Positions 30,233-40,402 of a DNA stretch of 47,964 nt are shown here, piece after piece. Origin of the DNA: an uncultured Bacillota bacterium (lineage in GTDB: Bacteria > Bacillota_I > Bacilli_A > RF39 > UBA660). The first letter of the stretch is position 1. Each line of letters begins with the position of its first letter. The notes under the pieces were generated by a model, which saw nothing but the letters and a program-made list of their open reading frames with translations, ran no database searches and was not told the DNA's origin. The position numbers and the translations under genes were made by a program. Location of the stretch: assembly GCA_947364595.1 (NCBI GenBank), contig CANATJ010000003.1, positions 1 through 47,964 on the forward strand, in the 5' to 3' direction.

Positions 30233-32737
30233 CTAATCAAATATGTCATATCCCAAATCTAAATCAACATTACCTTCAACCCCAGCAATTCTACCATCAG
30301 AAGCAAATTGCCAATAATTATAAGGAGTTAAATTATAATTAGGCCTTTTTGTTTTAGCATAACTATAACTAGGACTATATACTGGTAAATAATTAGCAAG
30401 CCATATAGTGTATTTTGAATGTAGATATTGAGCATCTAAATAATTAGTAAACCAATTAATATTTGCGTATACTCCACACTTGTAACCATTATTTTGGATA
30501 ATTGTGCAGAAAGTATCGACAACTTCTGTAAGTTTTTGTTTACCAGCAGAAATAACAGAGGCATCTTCCATATCGATAAATACTTTAGTTCCAAGTTTAA
30601 AATTACTATTAGATTCTTTAATAGAATCAATAAGTCTTAACATATGCTTTGCTTCAGCTTCAGCAGAACCAGCAGTAGTACCAACATCGGAAGCATAAGA
30701 ATATAGATATAATCCATAAGGAATATTATTTTCGTTGCATCCTTTAATGTTTTCTTGGAAAAACTTATCATCTTGATGTGTCCAATCATCACCATATCCA
30801 CCACGAATAATAGCAAAATCAATTGAATCTTCAACTTTATTCCAATTTATTTGTTTTTGATGATGGGAAACATCGATTCCATTATAAGTTTTCTTTTGAG
30901 TGAATTCAGTCAATTTAAATTGTTGGTTTTCTTCCATGTTATATGGTTTAACACTAACATTAACAAAATTGTTAGCTGTTTTATCAATGGTTAAATAATT
31001 ACCGTTTTCTTTAGAAATTATTGAAACTTTTTTATCTCCTAAATCTTTAAGATACCATGTTTGATTATTGCTTCCATTATATCTATATAATTGGGCGTTC
31101 CCAGTACTACTAGATAAATCTAAAGCAACATTAGGATTCATAGCTGTAGTAATTGAATAGTATCCATTATTTAAATATGTTAACTTCCAAGTTTGAGCAT
31201 TATTATAATTTCTTTCATATAATTGAATATTAGTTCCGTTTAACTTTCTTGCCCCTGTAGCATCAAGTAAAAATTTTTCATTTTGAATGCTTGAAATAGT
31301 ATAATATCCATTATCAAATGTTTTTGATTCAGGGTTTAATTCAGTTTTAGATAAAACAAATCTTTGCGCTGAAGAACCATTACCATAATACATTTGAATG
31401 TTAGATCCGTTTTCTATTTTTCCACCTTTGACATCTAAAAATAAATTATTACATTTAGAAACAAAACTATAAGTTCCATCCATATTGTCTTTAATATACC
31501 AAGTTTGAGCTCCGGTTCCATTATAAGCATATAATTGAACATTGCTTCCAGAAGATGTAGATGCTCCATAAACGTCCATAGATTTTAAACCATCTAAAGC
31601 GGTTTTAATAGAATAGTAACCATTTCCAAGATTTTTTATATACCATTTTTGTCTATTAGTATTACGATTTTCTTCTAATAAAACATTAGCTTTATTAATA
31701 GAAATTTCAGTATTTAAACTAAGAAGCATATTGCTGTTAGTTGCACTACCAATTGTATATAGACCATCTTCTAGTGAAGTGTGTGTAACTTTTTCAAACG
31801 AAAACTTTTGGGCATTTGAATTATTATTGCGATAAATCCATATATTGCTATTGTCTTGGGCTTTACCACCAGCTACATCTAAATAAGCATGATCTAGTTT
31901 AGAAATAATATTGAAATATCCATCATTGGTTTTTCTAATTAACCAAGACTGGGCATTAGAATAATTTGAGTTAAACATCCAAACATTTGTCCTGCTCACA
32001 CTACTTGCACCAGCTACATCTAAACTTTGATAATTATTCAAAAATGAAGTGATAGAATAATATCCGTTATTTAAATATTTTAAATTCCAATACTGAGATA
32101 AACTATTATTATCTTTTTTTAGTAAAACATTAGCTCTGTTTTGAGGATTATTATTGTTAATGTCAAAAACATAGTTTTTGTCTATTTTAGAAGAAATTTT
32201 ATAAATTCCATCTTCTATAGAATAACTACCATTAATAATTTCGATTAATTTGAATTTTTGGGCTTTAGTACCATTTCCTTTATACATTTGGATATTTGTA
32301 GAATTACGAGTGCTTCCTCCTTTAACATCCATATATAAATTATTACATTTAGATACTAAATAATAATAACCGTCGCCAGCGTCTTTAATATACCATTTTT
32401 GAGCGTTTGAACCATTGTATTGATACAGTTGGACGTTTGTTCCGTTGCTTCTGCCAGCAGATTTTACATCTAATGAAAAATTCTCATCAATTAAACTAGT
32501 AATAGAATAATAACCATCGCCAGCATTTTTAATATACCATTTTTGAGCATTTGAATCGTTGTATTGATACAATTGAATATTGTTATTATTATATGATTTT
32601 CCTGAATATAAATCTAAAACTTTATTACTATCTAAAGCACTTTGTATTTTATATATTCCCTCTTCTATTGAAGCAGCATTTACATTTAATGTAAATAGAA
32701 AAAATGTTATAAAAATTAAAAATATTTTCTTTTTCAT
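30233..32737 (-). CDS. Secreted GH25 muramidase with four ricin-B (beta-trefoil) lectin domains
   Basis: Signal peptide ending VNA/A; repeated QxW motifs (AQKW, SQYW, AQSW, AQTW); C-terminal GIDVSHHQ, IIRGGYG, YLYSYA, DME, WQF, VDLD. Confidence 0.9.
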   Translation of the reverse strand: MKKKIFLIFITFFLFTLNVNAASIEEGIYKIQSALDSNKVLDLYSGKSYNNNNIQLYQYNDSNAQKWYIKNAGDGYYSITSLIDENFSLDVKSAGRSNGTNVQLYQYNGSNAQKWYIKDAGDGYYYLVSKCNNLYMDVKGGSTRNSTNIQMYKGNGTKAQKFKLIEIINGSYSIEDGIYKISSKIDKNYVFDINNNNPQNRANVLLKKDNNSLSQYWNLKYLNNGYYSITSFLNNYQSLDVAGASSVSRTNVWMFNSNYSNAQSWLIRKTNDGYFNIISKLDHAYLDVAGGKAQDNSNIWIYRNNNSNAQKFSFEKVTHTSLEDGLYTIGSATNSNMLLSLNTEISINKANVLLEENRNTNRQKWYIKNLGNGYYSIKTALDGLKSMDVYGASTSSGSNVQLYAYNGTGAQTWYIKDNMDGTYSFVSKCNNLFLDVKGGKIENGSNIQMYYGNGSSAQRFVLSKTELNPESKTFDNGYYTISSIQNEKFLLDATGARKLNGTNIQLYERNYNNAQTWKLTYLNNGYYSITTAMNPNVALDLSSSTGNAQLYRYNGSNNQTWYLKDLGDKKVSIISKENGNYLTIDKTANNFVNVSVKPYNMEENQQFKLTEFTQKKTYNGIDVSHHQKQINWNKVEDSIDFAIIRGGYGDDWTHQDDKFFQENIKGCNENNIPYGLYLYSYASDVGTTAGSAEAEAKHMLRLIDSIKESNSNFKLGTKVFIDMEDASVISAGKQKLTEVVDTFCTIIQNNGYKCGVYANINWFTNYLDAQYLHSKYTIWLANYLPVYSPSYSYAKTKRPNYNLTPYNYWQFASDGRIAGVEGNVDLDLGYDIFD

Positions 32738-32750
32738 AGTTTTGTCCTTT

Positions 32751-33230
32751 CTAAATATTGTCAATATAATTTTTTAAATTATTTCTAAAAGTTTCTGTGT
32801 TGCTTTTAAATTTTTTTGGTTTAAAAACTTTAGCCTTTTTTAAAATATCATCTAATTTATCAAAATCACTTAAAGATAAAATATATCCTTCAGACGTAAA
32901 AGCATCTATTATTTGAATTTGGTGATCGTTAGTATGTTCTTTATATTTTTTAAGTCTAGCAGCCGCAATTACTTTTTTTCCTTTTTTTAGACCACTAATA
33001 ATTGATCCTACCCCACCATGAGTAATAAGTAAATCACATTCATTAATATATTTGTTAAATGATTCACTATCAACTAGGTCAAAAATTTGCATATAATCAC
33101 TTTTAAACTTTGTGTGGCCAGCCTGCACAATGACTTTATCTTTAATGACACCATTTTTTATTTGTTTTTCAATAGCATATAGTAATCTATCAAATTTTTT
33201 ATCTTGTGTTCCTAACGTTACAAAAATCAA
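32751..33230 (-). CDS. PssE/Cps14G (Alg13-like) glycosyltransferase
   Basis: IFVTLGTQ..FDRL, ITHGG.GSI, EH.NDHQ; probable TTG start overlapping the upstream TGA. Confidence 0.9.
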   Translation of the reverse strand: MIFVTLGTQDKKFDRLLYAIEKQIKNGVIKDKVIVQAGHTKFKSDYMQIFDLVDSESFNKYINECDLLITHGGVGSIISGLKKGKKVIAAARLKKYKEHTNDHQIQIIDAFTSEGYILSLSDFDKLDDILKKAKVFKPKKFKSNTETFRNNLKNYIDNI

Positions 33231-33694
33231 TATATCCACCCCCATAATTCAGCTTTTGGGTATAATTTAAGCATAGATTCCCATTGTACGATAAATTTGT
33301 CAGCAATTGGATAAACAAGTTTCCCAGCTAATGTTTTAGTGTTTCTGTTTGCAAACGTTTCAATAAAAATAATTTTTCTTCTAAATAGTTTTCCAATATA
33401 GCACATAGGAACAGCTGTATGGGTACCTGTTGTTACAATGATATTGGGTCTATATTTAATAAAAAGAAAAATACTTTTAAAACAATTATAAATGAATTTA
33501 AAAATATAAGAGAATAAATGATCTTTAGTCCCAAAAACTAAAAAAGAAACTTTTGGAAATTTATTTTTTAAATTAATATTTGATTTAGTTTTTTCTGTAA
33601 CTATACTATAATCATAATTTTTAAAAATTGGTTTTAATTGCATAAGCTCATCTAAATGACCACCAGTACTAGAAATAAACATTACTTTTTTCAT
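33227..33694 (-). CDS. PssD/Cps14F (Alg14-like) glycosyltransferase partner
   Basis: SSTGGHL, TTG...AVP, FIET, VQW. Confidence 0.9.
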   Translation of the reverse strand: MKKVMFISSTGGHLDELMQLKPIFKNYDYSIVTEKTKSNINLKNKFPKVSFLVFGTKDHLFSYIFKFIYNCFKSIFLFIKYRPNIIVTTGTHTAVPMCYIGKLFRRKIIFIETFANRNTKTLAGKLVYPIADKFIVQWESMLKLYPKAELWGWIY

Positions 33695-33771
33695 AACTTA
33701 CTCCCACCTATTTCATATTAAGTATATCATACATTTAAATTTTTACAAAAAAAGAAACGTTAAAAATAATT

Positions 33772-35376
33772 TTAACGTCCATAATGTTGAAGTCCAAATT
33801 GAATCAAATTAATATATTCTGGAATATTTATTATACATAGGCAAATACAGATTAAAATTATTAATCCAAATTTAAATTTTTTGTTTTTGATAATTTTATC
33901 AATTAATAAGTATAGTAAGATTATAAATGCCCAAGAAAAATATAAAGAATATAAAATTAAACCATTTTCGGCAGTTCCCCAGCCTACAACACATAACAAA
34001 ACGAAAGAAAATAAAATCCAAACAGATGATATAATAGCCATTTTGTTTTTTCTATTTAAAATAAAACTGATTAAGCATAAAATTAATATACCTATTCCAA
34101 TTAAACTAAAACCATAAATATCTAATACTCTATAGCTTGGTAAATGCGTTACTTTATCTAGCATAAAACCTGATTTTGGAAATATGAAAATAGATCTAAC
34201 AAAGGCCAAATATTGAACTAATTTTTCACTGAAAAGCAATTTTTCTCCAGAAAATCCAAATAAAACTTTAATTCTTTCTACAACATAAAAAATTTGTGGA
34301 AGTTGACCAAATATAATAAAAAGCACAATAAATAAAATAAAACATTTAAAGACGTTTTTAAGCCAATATTTCCAATTTTTAAATTTAGAAATAAAAGGAA
34401 ATAAGATACCAGATGTAAGCAAAGTTGAAACCGCACCTATGTAAGCATAATTAACTTCTTTTTTACTTTCATAAAAAGCATAAATTGTTAATATTAGATA
34501 AAAAAGTCCAATAATATACTGTTCCATAATAAAACTAAATACTACTGTAGAGAAAGTACAAAAATATATTAAAGAAAATAAAAATTGATTTAATCCTTTT
34601 AATTTCAACAATCTACAAAGCATGATAACAGAAACATTAATAAGTAAAATTTGAATTACTGTTAAAAAAACTGCATATCCGTTAGGAACAAAATAAAATA
34701 TTTCACTAAATAATTTGGCAAAAATAGCAAAAGGTAAAGAGAATAATCCAAATAATGGTTGTCTTAAATCATTTTCTCCCATATTAACATTTAAAAATGC
34801 ATTACCTTTAAATAAAGCTGCACTATCAGAAGTATAATAAATATCATATGCGACTGATTTATCAAAATAAAAACCTCTTACAAAATAGTATAAGAATACA
34901 GTTGCTAAAAAAGAAATAATCAAACTAATAGCTAAATATCTTTTTTCGTTTAACGATAAATTTAAATAAAATTTTTTAATAACAGGAAATATTTTTAAAA
35001 TAAATAAATAAACAATACAACTTAAAGCAAAAATTGAAAGCATGCTTATAATAACCCAATGTTGACTAGTAAATTTACCAACATATGATAAATTATTAAA
35101 ATAATCTAAAATATGAAAATTAAAATATGTTTTAGCAATATATGTTCCGAAAAAAAGCGAAACAACTGCATATATAGTATTTATATTGGCAAAAAAACTC
35201 TTAAAAGTTTTCATTGTCAAAACTAAGCCAATAATAAAAGTTAATATTAGTGAAAATACTAAAACATAAAAATCACAATTTCTTAAAAAAAGTAAATTCG
35301 TAAATAAAAGTGAAAATACAAATAATACTTTTAATAAGATTTGCATTTTCAAAGATAACTTAATTTCCTTATTCAT
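33772..35376 (-). CDS. Multi-TM membrane protein, GT-C-like candidate
   Basis: About 13 TMs; loop with acidic DIYYTSD, then RQPLF, EQY and EN motifs; directly downstream of the UbiA-family gene. Confidence 0.6.
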   Translation of the reverse strand: MNKEIKLSLKMQILLKVLFVFSLLFTNLLFLRNCDFYVLVFSLILTFIIGLVLTMKTFKSFFANINTIYAVVSLFFGTYIAKTYFNFHILDYFNNLSYVGKFTSQHWVIISMLSIFALSCIVYLFILKIFPVIKKFYLNLSLNEKRYLAISLIISFLATVFLYYFVRGFYFDKSVAYDIYYTSDSAALFKGNAFLNVNMGENDLRQPLFGLFSLPFAIFAKLFSEIFYFVPNGYAVFLTVIQILLINVSVIMLCRLLKLKGLNQFLFSLIYFCTFSTVVFSFIMEQYIIGLFYLILTIYAFYESKKEVNYAYIGAVSTLLTSGILFPFISKFKNWKYWLKNVFKCFILFIVLFIIFGQLPQIFYVVERIKVLFGFSGEKLLFSEKLVQYLAFVRSIFIFPKSGFMLDKVTHLPSYRVLDIYGFSLIGIGILILCLISFILNRKNKMAIISSVWILFSFVLLCVVGWGTAENGLILYSLYFSWAFIILLYLLIDKIIKNKKFKFGLIILICICLCIINIPEYINLIQFGLQHYGR

Positions 35377-35387
35377 AGTTCACCACC

Positions 35388-36266
35388 TCACAACCAAATA
35401 AATAAAATAACTAAAATATAAATTAAAGAAGTACATAATAATGGCTTGTTTTGCAATATAACTTCTACAGGATCTCCATCAGAATCATTTTCAACTGATA
35501 AACTATATTGAAATAACATTATCATTAAAATGGGTATAGTCCAAATTAAATAATCATTGCAAATTTTATTAGTAACAATTGGATCAACAGTCCACATAGA
35601 ATAAAAAACAATTGTTAATGTTAAACAAACATACATACTTTTATCTAAAAAGTCTTTATTATAATGTTTTAATACAGAACGTGTATTATATTTACTTCTA
35701 ATAAATTCATTTCTTCTTTTACCGAATCCCATATAAAAAGCTCCAGACATAACAGTAAGATAAAGATAATTAGAAACTTCGGCACCAATTAAAATTCCTC
35801 CAAAAAACAAACGAATTAAAAACCCAGAAACTAAAATAACTACATCAACAAGAGCAATATTTTTAAGCCCTTTACTATATAAAATATTAATAATTACATA
35901 AATTAGTGGTAAAAGTAATGACCCAAAAAATCCACTAACAACATATATACCATATGCACATATACCAATTATAAAAATTAATAAAAAAGTGACAATGTAA
36001 GCTTTTCTAATTGAAATAGCACCAGACGCTAAAGGTCTATTTTTTTTGGTTTCATGCAATTTATCTTTTTCAACATCCGCAATATCGTTAAAAACATAAA
36101 CCAAAGATGAAACAAAACAAAATAATATGAAACCTAATAAACAAAGTAATAACTTATCTAATTGATTATACATACCGCTAAAAAATAAAGGCAAAAATAT
36201 TAAAAAATTCTTAATATAGTGCTTTACTCTAATCAAACGCAAATAATCGGAAAATTTTGCCATCAT
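35388..36266 (-). CDS. UbiA family polyprenyl-phosphate phosphoribosyltransferase (DPPR synthase-like)
   Basis: R..HYIKN, YVFND..D.EKD..H..K..RPLASG, YS..LK.I..VDV, KRR.E, GDP.E. Confidence 0.88.
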   Translation of the reverse strand: MMAKFSDYLRLIRVKHYIKNFLIFLPLFFSGMYNQLDKLLLCLLGFILFCFVSSLVYVFNDIADVEKDKLHETKKNRPLASGAISIRKAYIVTFLLIFIIGICAYGIYVVSGFFGSLLLPLIYVIINILYSKGLKNIALVDVVILVSGFLIRLFFGGILIGAEVSNYLYLTVMSGAFYMGFGKRRNEFIRSKYNTRSVLKHYNKDFLDKSMYVCLTLTIVFYSMWTVDPIVTNKICNDYLIWTIPILMIMLFQYSLSVENDSDGDPVEVILQNKPLLCTSLIYILVILFIWL

Positions 36267-36443
36267 AAACCACCACCATTACAGATTAATTATACATTGA
36301 TTTTGCATATATTTCAATATTTTAAATTTTATCAAACACATAATTTATTATCCTTTAAAAAAGACTTTAAAAATCAAGGAAAATATATTATAATGATATT
36401 AGTTATAAGAATAAGTATCTAATAACTACAGGGGGAAATATAA

Positions 36444-37559
36444 ATGAAGAAAGTAAGACAGTCTAATTTTGAGTTAATGAGAATTATATCCATGATTTTT
36501 ATAATTATATATCATATAATTTTTCATGGAAAGCTTTTGCAAAATACTACAGGAACAATCAAAATAGTATTAACAATAATGCTATTTATAAGCTTAATTC
36601 ATGTAAATTCATTTGTTATATTAAGTGGTTATTTTAAATATGACAAAGATTTTTCAATTAAAAGCTTTTTTAAAACTTTTAATGCTGCGTGGTTTTATAA
36701 AATATTATTTGCTAGTGTATTGCTTTTTACGGGCATATATGAATTAAGTAAAGTTCAATATCTAAAATCTTTAAATCCGTTTGATTTAGCTGGATACTGG
36801 TTTATAGCTTGCTATTTAATAATGGATATTTTAAGTCCGTTTATTAATATATTAATAAAAAATATGAATCAAAAAACTCATCGCAAGTTAATAATTACAT
36901 CGATATTCTGTTTTTCAATATTCTCTTTTCTATCATCAAATACTTTTGGAAGTAATGATGGCTTTACTGTAATTCAATTTATTATTTTATATTTTATAGG
37001 TGCTTATCTTGCGAAATATCCAATTGAAAATAATATTCATTTTAAAAATTATTCCAAAAACAAATTACAGCTTTTATTACTTGTAGGATTTATATTTTTT
37101 ACATTTATAAATTATTTATTCTATAATTTTGGAATAACTTTAGAAAATCAAACAAATCAAATTATTCAATTTGTTGGTAATCAAATAACAAATTATACAA
37201 TGCACTATAATTGTATATTTGTATTAATACAAACGATATGTTATTTTCTACTTTTTAAAACATTTACTATTAATAGCAAAATAATTAACTTTATTGGTAA
37301 ATTAACACTAGGAGTATATTTAGTGCATGATAATCCTTATATTCAAGTTCTAATATATAAATACTTGCGTTTTGATACTGGTGACGTATTAATAACAAGT
37401 CCTAAAATAATCATAAAAGTATTAGTTTTTGCTTTAGGGATATTTATTGTATCTGCATTCATTGAATATATAAGACAATTAATTTTTAAATTTGTGAAAA
37501 AATTAAAAATATCAAAAAACTTAACAAATAAATTTTATGATTATATAGATAATTTTTAA
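36444..37559 (+). CDS. Acyltransferase-3 family protein
   Basis: RQSNFELMRIISM..II.YH, VNSFVILSGYF, YWF, GVYLVH. Confidence 0.88.
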   Translation: MKKVRQSNFELMRIISMIFIIIYHIIFHGKLLQNTTGTIKIVLTIMLFISLIHVNSFVILSGYFKYDKDFSIKSFFKTFNAAWFYKILFASVLLFTGIYELSKVQYLKSLNPFDLAGYWFIACYLIMDILSPFINILIKNMNQKTHRKLIITSIFCFSIFSFLSSNTFGSNDGFTVIQFIILYFIGAYLAKYPIENNIHFKNYSKNKLQLLLLVGFIFFTFINYLFYNFGITLENQTNQIIQFVGNQITNYTMHYNCIFVLIQTICYFLLFKTFTINSKIINFIGKLTLGVYLVHDNPYIQVLIYKYLRFDTGDVLITSPKIIIKVLVFALGIFIVSAFIEYIRQLIFKFVKKLKISKNLTNKFYDYIDNF

Positions 37560-37570
37560 AAACATTATAA

Positions 37571-37596
37571 AAAATGAACTAATTAAAGTTCATTTT
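37571..37596. terminator. Bidirectional terminator
   Basis: AAAATGAACT-aattaa-AGTTCATTTT between convergent genes. Confidence 0.75.
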
Positions 37597-39591
37597 TTAG
37601 TGTTCTTTGATTATAGATTTGCTGCAGCAATAAGTAAGTAAGAAATAACCACCGTATATAACAACAATTAATATAGCTGTCATAATAATTGAAGAAAGCA
37701 TTCCGGTTTTACCAAAAGCTGATAACATAAGTTGGGCACATTTTATACCAAATATAGAGTGAATAATTGCTAAAACAAGTGGTACTAAGAAAAATATTCC
37801 GATTTGTTTAAATAATGATTTATTAATCATCTTTTCATCTACACCTATTTTTCTAAGCATATCATATCTTTCTTTATTATCAGAACTGTCAGATAACTCT
37901 TTTAAAGCTAAAATAGCTGCTGAAGAAATCAAGAAAATAATTCCTAAATAAAGTCCAATAAATGTTACAATAGCACCAAGTCCAACAGCTGAATCATAAA
38001 TAGCAGTTTTAGTAAATAATTGAATATTATTTTGAATTGTTAATTTAGATAAATAATCATCTATTTTTTGGTGTTTTTCTTCGTTATTAGCATTATAATT
38101 TGCTAGTAAAATACGATGTGATACTTGAGTGTTTTCTAAAGCTTTATCAGGGACTATAAATATTCCTGTATTAGAATGATTAGATCCCATTTCAATAAAT
38201 CCATCTTTGACTTTACTATATTTAGGGCTATATGATTTACCATTTATATTAATAGTTACTCTATCTTTTAAAGCTTCATTACGGTATTTTAGCATACTTT
38301 CGTAATCGGCAACCACTAAATATTCATCATCTTTTAAAGTAAATGTTTCATTTCCATATGCCTGCGCTACTTTATTATAATCAGAAATACTCATTACTGG
38401 TTCTGGCATATCTAAATGATATTTAAATTCCTGCATATTTTTATTTACTAATTTTTCTCCTAATACATCTTTTGTAAGTACTGTACTAATCATATATTCG
38501 TTTACTTCTACTTTATCTTTTAAATCATTTAAATTAACTTTATTATCTATTAATATTGTATCTAATGATTTAGTTTCGTTTTCAGAAGTATATTCTTTAA
38601 TTTGTAAATCCATTGGTGTTAGTTGTTTCAAATCTTTTTTAGCTGCTTGATTCAAACTAAGCGCTGATGAAAAAATTGTAATAGTGAAAAAAAGTAAAAC
38701 ACAAATAATGCTCATAGAAAATACGGTTGTATTAATTTTACTATTTATTTGTCTTAAAACAAAAGAGTTCAAATCTTTAAAATAAAGTTTTTTGTTTGCT
38801 TGAACTAATCTTAAAATAAAACCAGATATACCATAGAAAAATAAGATAGTTCCAACAATACCAAGACCAATACATCCAATAAATTCATTAAATCCAATAT
38901 TCATTATATTTTCTGTTACTTGATAATAAGCAAATGATAAAATTAAAATAGAGATTAAAAATATCAAAATAGATAGTACTGGGTTTTTAATTTTAATTTT
39001 TTCGTTTTTCTTACTAGCAGTAATTAAATCAATTAGTTTATATCTTGAAATTGAAAATACATTTAAAATCATTACTACAAAATACATAATACCAAAGTAA
39101 ATGATTGTTTTTATCATGGCTGCTTTTGAAAAGGTAAAAGTAAATGAAGTCATATCAACTTCAAACATTTTAGCAACACCAATTGACATTAATTGAGATA
39201 AAAATAGTCCAAATAATAATCCAAACATTAGAGAAATTAAACCAATTAATAATGTTTCTAAAAATAAAATTCTTGAAATATGACCCTTACCCATACCTAA
39301 AGTCATATAAACTCCAAATTCTTTTTTACGTTTTTTTATTAAAAATTTATTGGCATAAATAACCAAAAATGCTAAAACAATAGACACCACAACCGAAACT
39401 CCTCCAAGCAGATTGCCCATAAGATCTAAAATTTCTTTTTTGGTTTGGCTCATAGCCATCATGGCGTCTTGTCCATCCATTGCATTAAATACATAAAATA
39501 TAGCAACACCCAATATTAAAGTCAAAAAATATATAGCATAATCTTTAAAACTTTTTTTAATATTTTTTAATGATAGTTTAAAGAGCATCAT
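37597..39591 (-). CDS. BceB-like ABC transporter permease
   Basis: K.R.KEFG.Y.TLGM FtsX-type motif; about 10 TMs with a large extracellular loop; RY..L.KIG. Confidence 0.9.
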   Translation of the reverse strand: MMLFKLSLKNIKKSFKDYAIYFLTLILGVAIFYVFNAMDGQDAMMAMSQTKKEILDLMGNLLGGVSVVVSIVLAFLVIYANKFLIKKRKKEFGVYMTLGMGKGHISRILFLETLLIGLISLMFGLLFGLFLSQLMSIGVAKMFEVDMTSFTFTFSKAAMIKTIIYFGIMYFVVMILNVFSISRYKLIDLITASKKNEKIKIKNPVLSILIFLISILILSFAYYQVTENIMNIGFNEFIGCIGLGIVGTILFFYGISGFILRLVQANKKLYFKDLNSFVLRQINSKINTTVFSMSIICVLLFFTITIFSSALSLNQAAKKDLKQLTPMDLQIKEYTSENETKSLDTILIDNKVNLNDLKDKVEVNEYMISTVLTKDVLGEKLVNKNMQEFKYHLDMPEPVMSISDYNKVAQAYGNETFTLKDDEYLVVADYESMLKYRNEALKDRVTININGKSYSPKYSKVKDGFIEMGSNHSNTGIFIVPDKALENTQVSHRILLANYNANNEEKHQKIDDYLSKLTIQNNIQLFTKTAIYDSAVGLGAIVTFIGLYLGIIFLISSAAILALKELSDSSDNKERYDMLRKIGVDEKMINKSLFKQIGIFFLVPLVLAIIHSIFGIKCAQLMLSAFGKTGMLSSIIMTAILIVVIYGGYFLLTYCCSKSIIKEH

Positions 39592-40345
39592 TTAAATCTC
39601 CTCCTAAAAGCGTTACAACGTCAATGATCTTGTCAAAAAATTCTTTACGAGAATCATTCCCTCTTACAAGTTCGTTAAAGATTTTTCCATCTTTGATAAA
39701 TAAGATTCTATGACAGTAACTAGCAGTAAAAGCATCATGGGTAACCATTAAAATAGTTGCTCTTAATTCATTATTCAAGTTTTCAAAGTTTTCAAGTAAT
39801 TGTCTAGCTGATTTACTATCTAAAGCACCAGTTGGTTCATCAGCTAAAATTAATTTTGGATTTGTAATAATGGCTCTAGCCGATGCAACTCTTTGTTTTT
39901 CTCCCCCACTCATTTGATATGGGTATTTATTTAAAATACGAGTAATATTCAAAGACTTAGCAACTTCTTTGACAAGTTTTTGAATTTTATCAGGCCTTAC
40001 TTTTTGAATAGTTAAAGCTAAGGCAATATTTTCGTATGCTGTCAAGGTATCCAATAAATTAAAATCTTGAAAAATAAATCCTAAATCTTCACGACGAAAT
40101 TTATTTAAGGAATTGCCTTTTAATGTTGTAATATCAGTATTACCAACAATTATATGACCAGCGGTTACTTTATCAATAGTTGCTATACAGTTAAGTAAAG
40201 TTGTTTTACCACTACCACTGGCTCCCATAATTCCAACGAATTCACCTTCTTTAACATCAAAGCTGATATTGTCAACAGCTTTAGTTAAATTTCCTTTATT
40301 TCCGTAGTATTTCTCTACGTTACTAATTTTTAAAACATTTTCCAT
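39578..40345 (-). CDS. BceA-like ABC transporter ATPase
   Basis: GASGSGKT, MSGGEKQR, ADEPTGALDS, VTHD. Confidence 0.93.
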   Translation of the reverse strand: MENVLKISNVEKYYGNKGNLTKAVDNISFDVKEGEFVGIMGASGSGKTTLLNCIATIDKVTAGHIIVGNTDITTLKGNSLNKFRREDLGFIFQDFNLLDTLTAYENIALALTIQKVRPDKIQKLVKEVAKSLNITRILNKYPYQMSGGEKQRVASARAIITNPKLILADEPTGALDSKSARQLLENFENLNNELRATILMVTHDAFTASYCHRILFIKDGKIFNELVRGNDSRKEFFDKIIDVVTLLGGDLNDAL

Positions 40346-40402
40346 TTTCTTCCCTCCGCTTTAATTATAGTAAACCTTAAATATTTTAACAATTTATTTT
40401 CA

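Noticed and set aside
30900-32650. Nucleotide near-repeats, e.g. TATACCATTTTTGAGC near 32389 and 32533, as a CRISPR or repeat array
   Set aside because: Explained by in-frame ricin subdomain repeats; no repeat-spacer periodicity or cas genes
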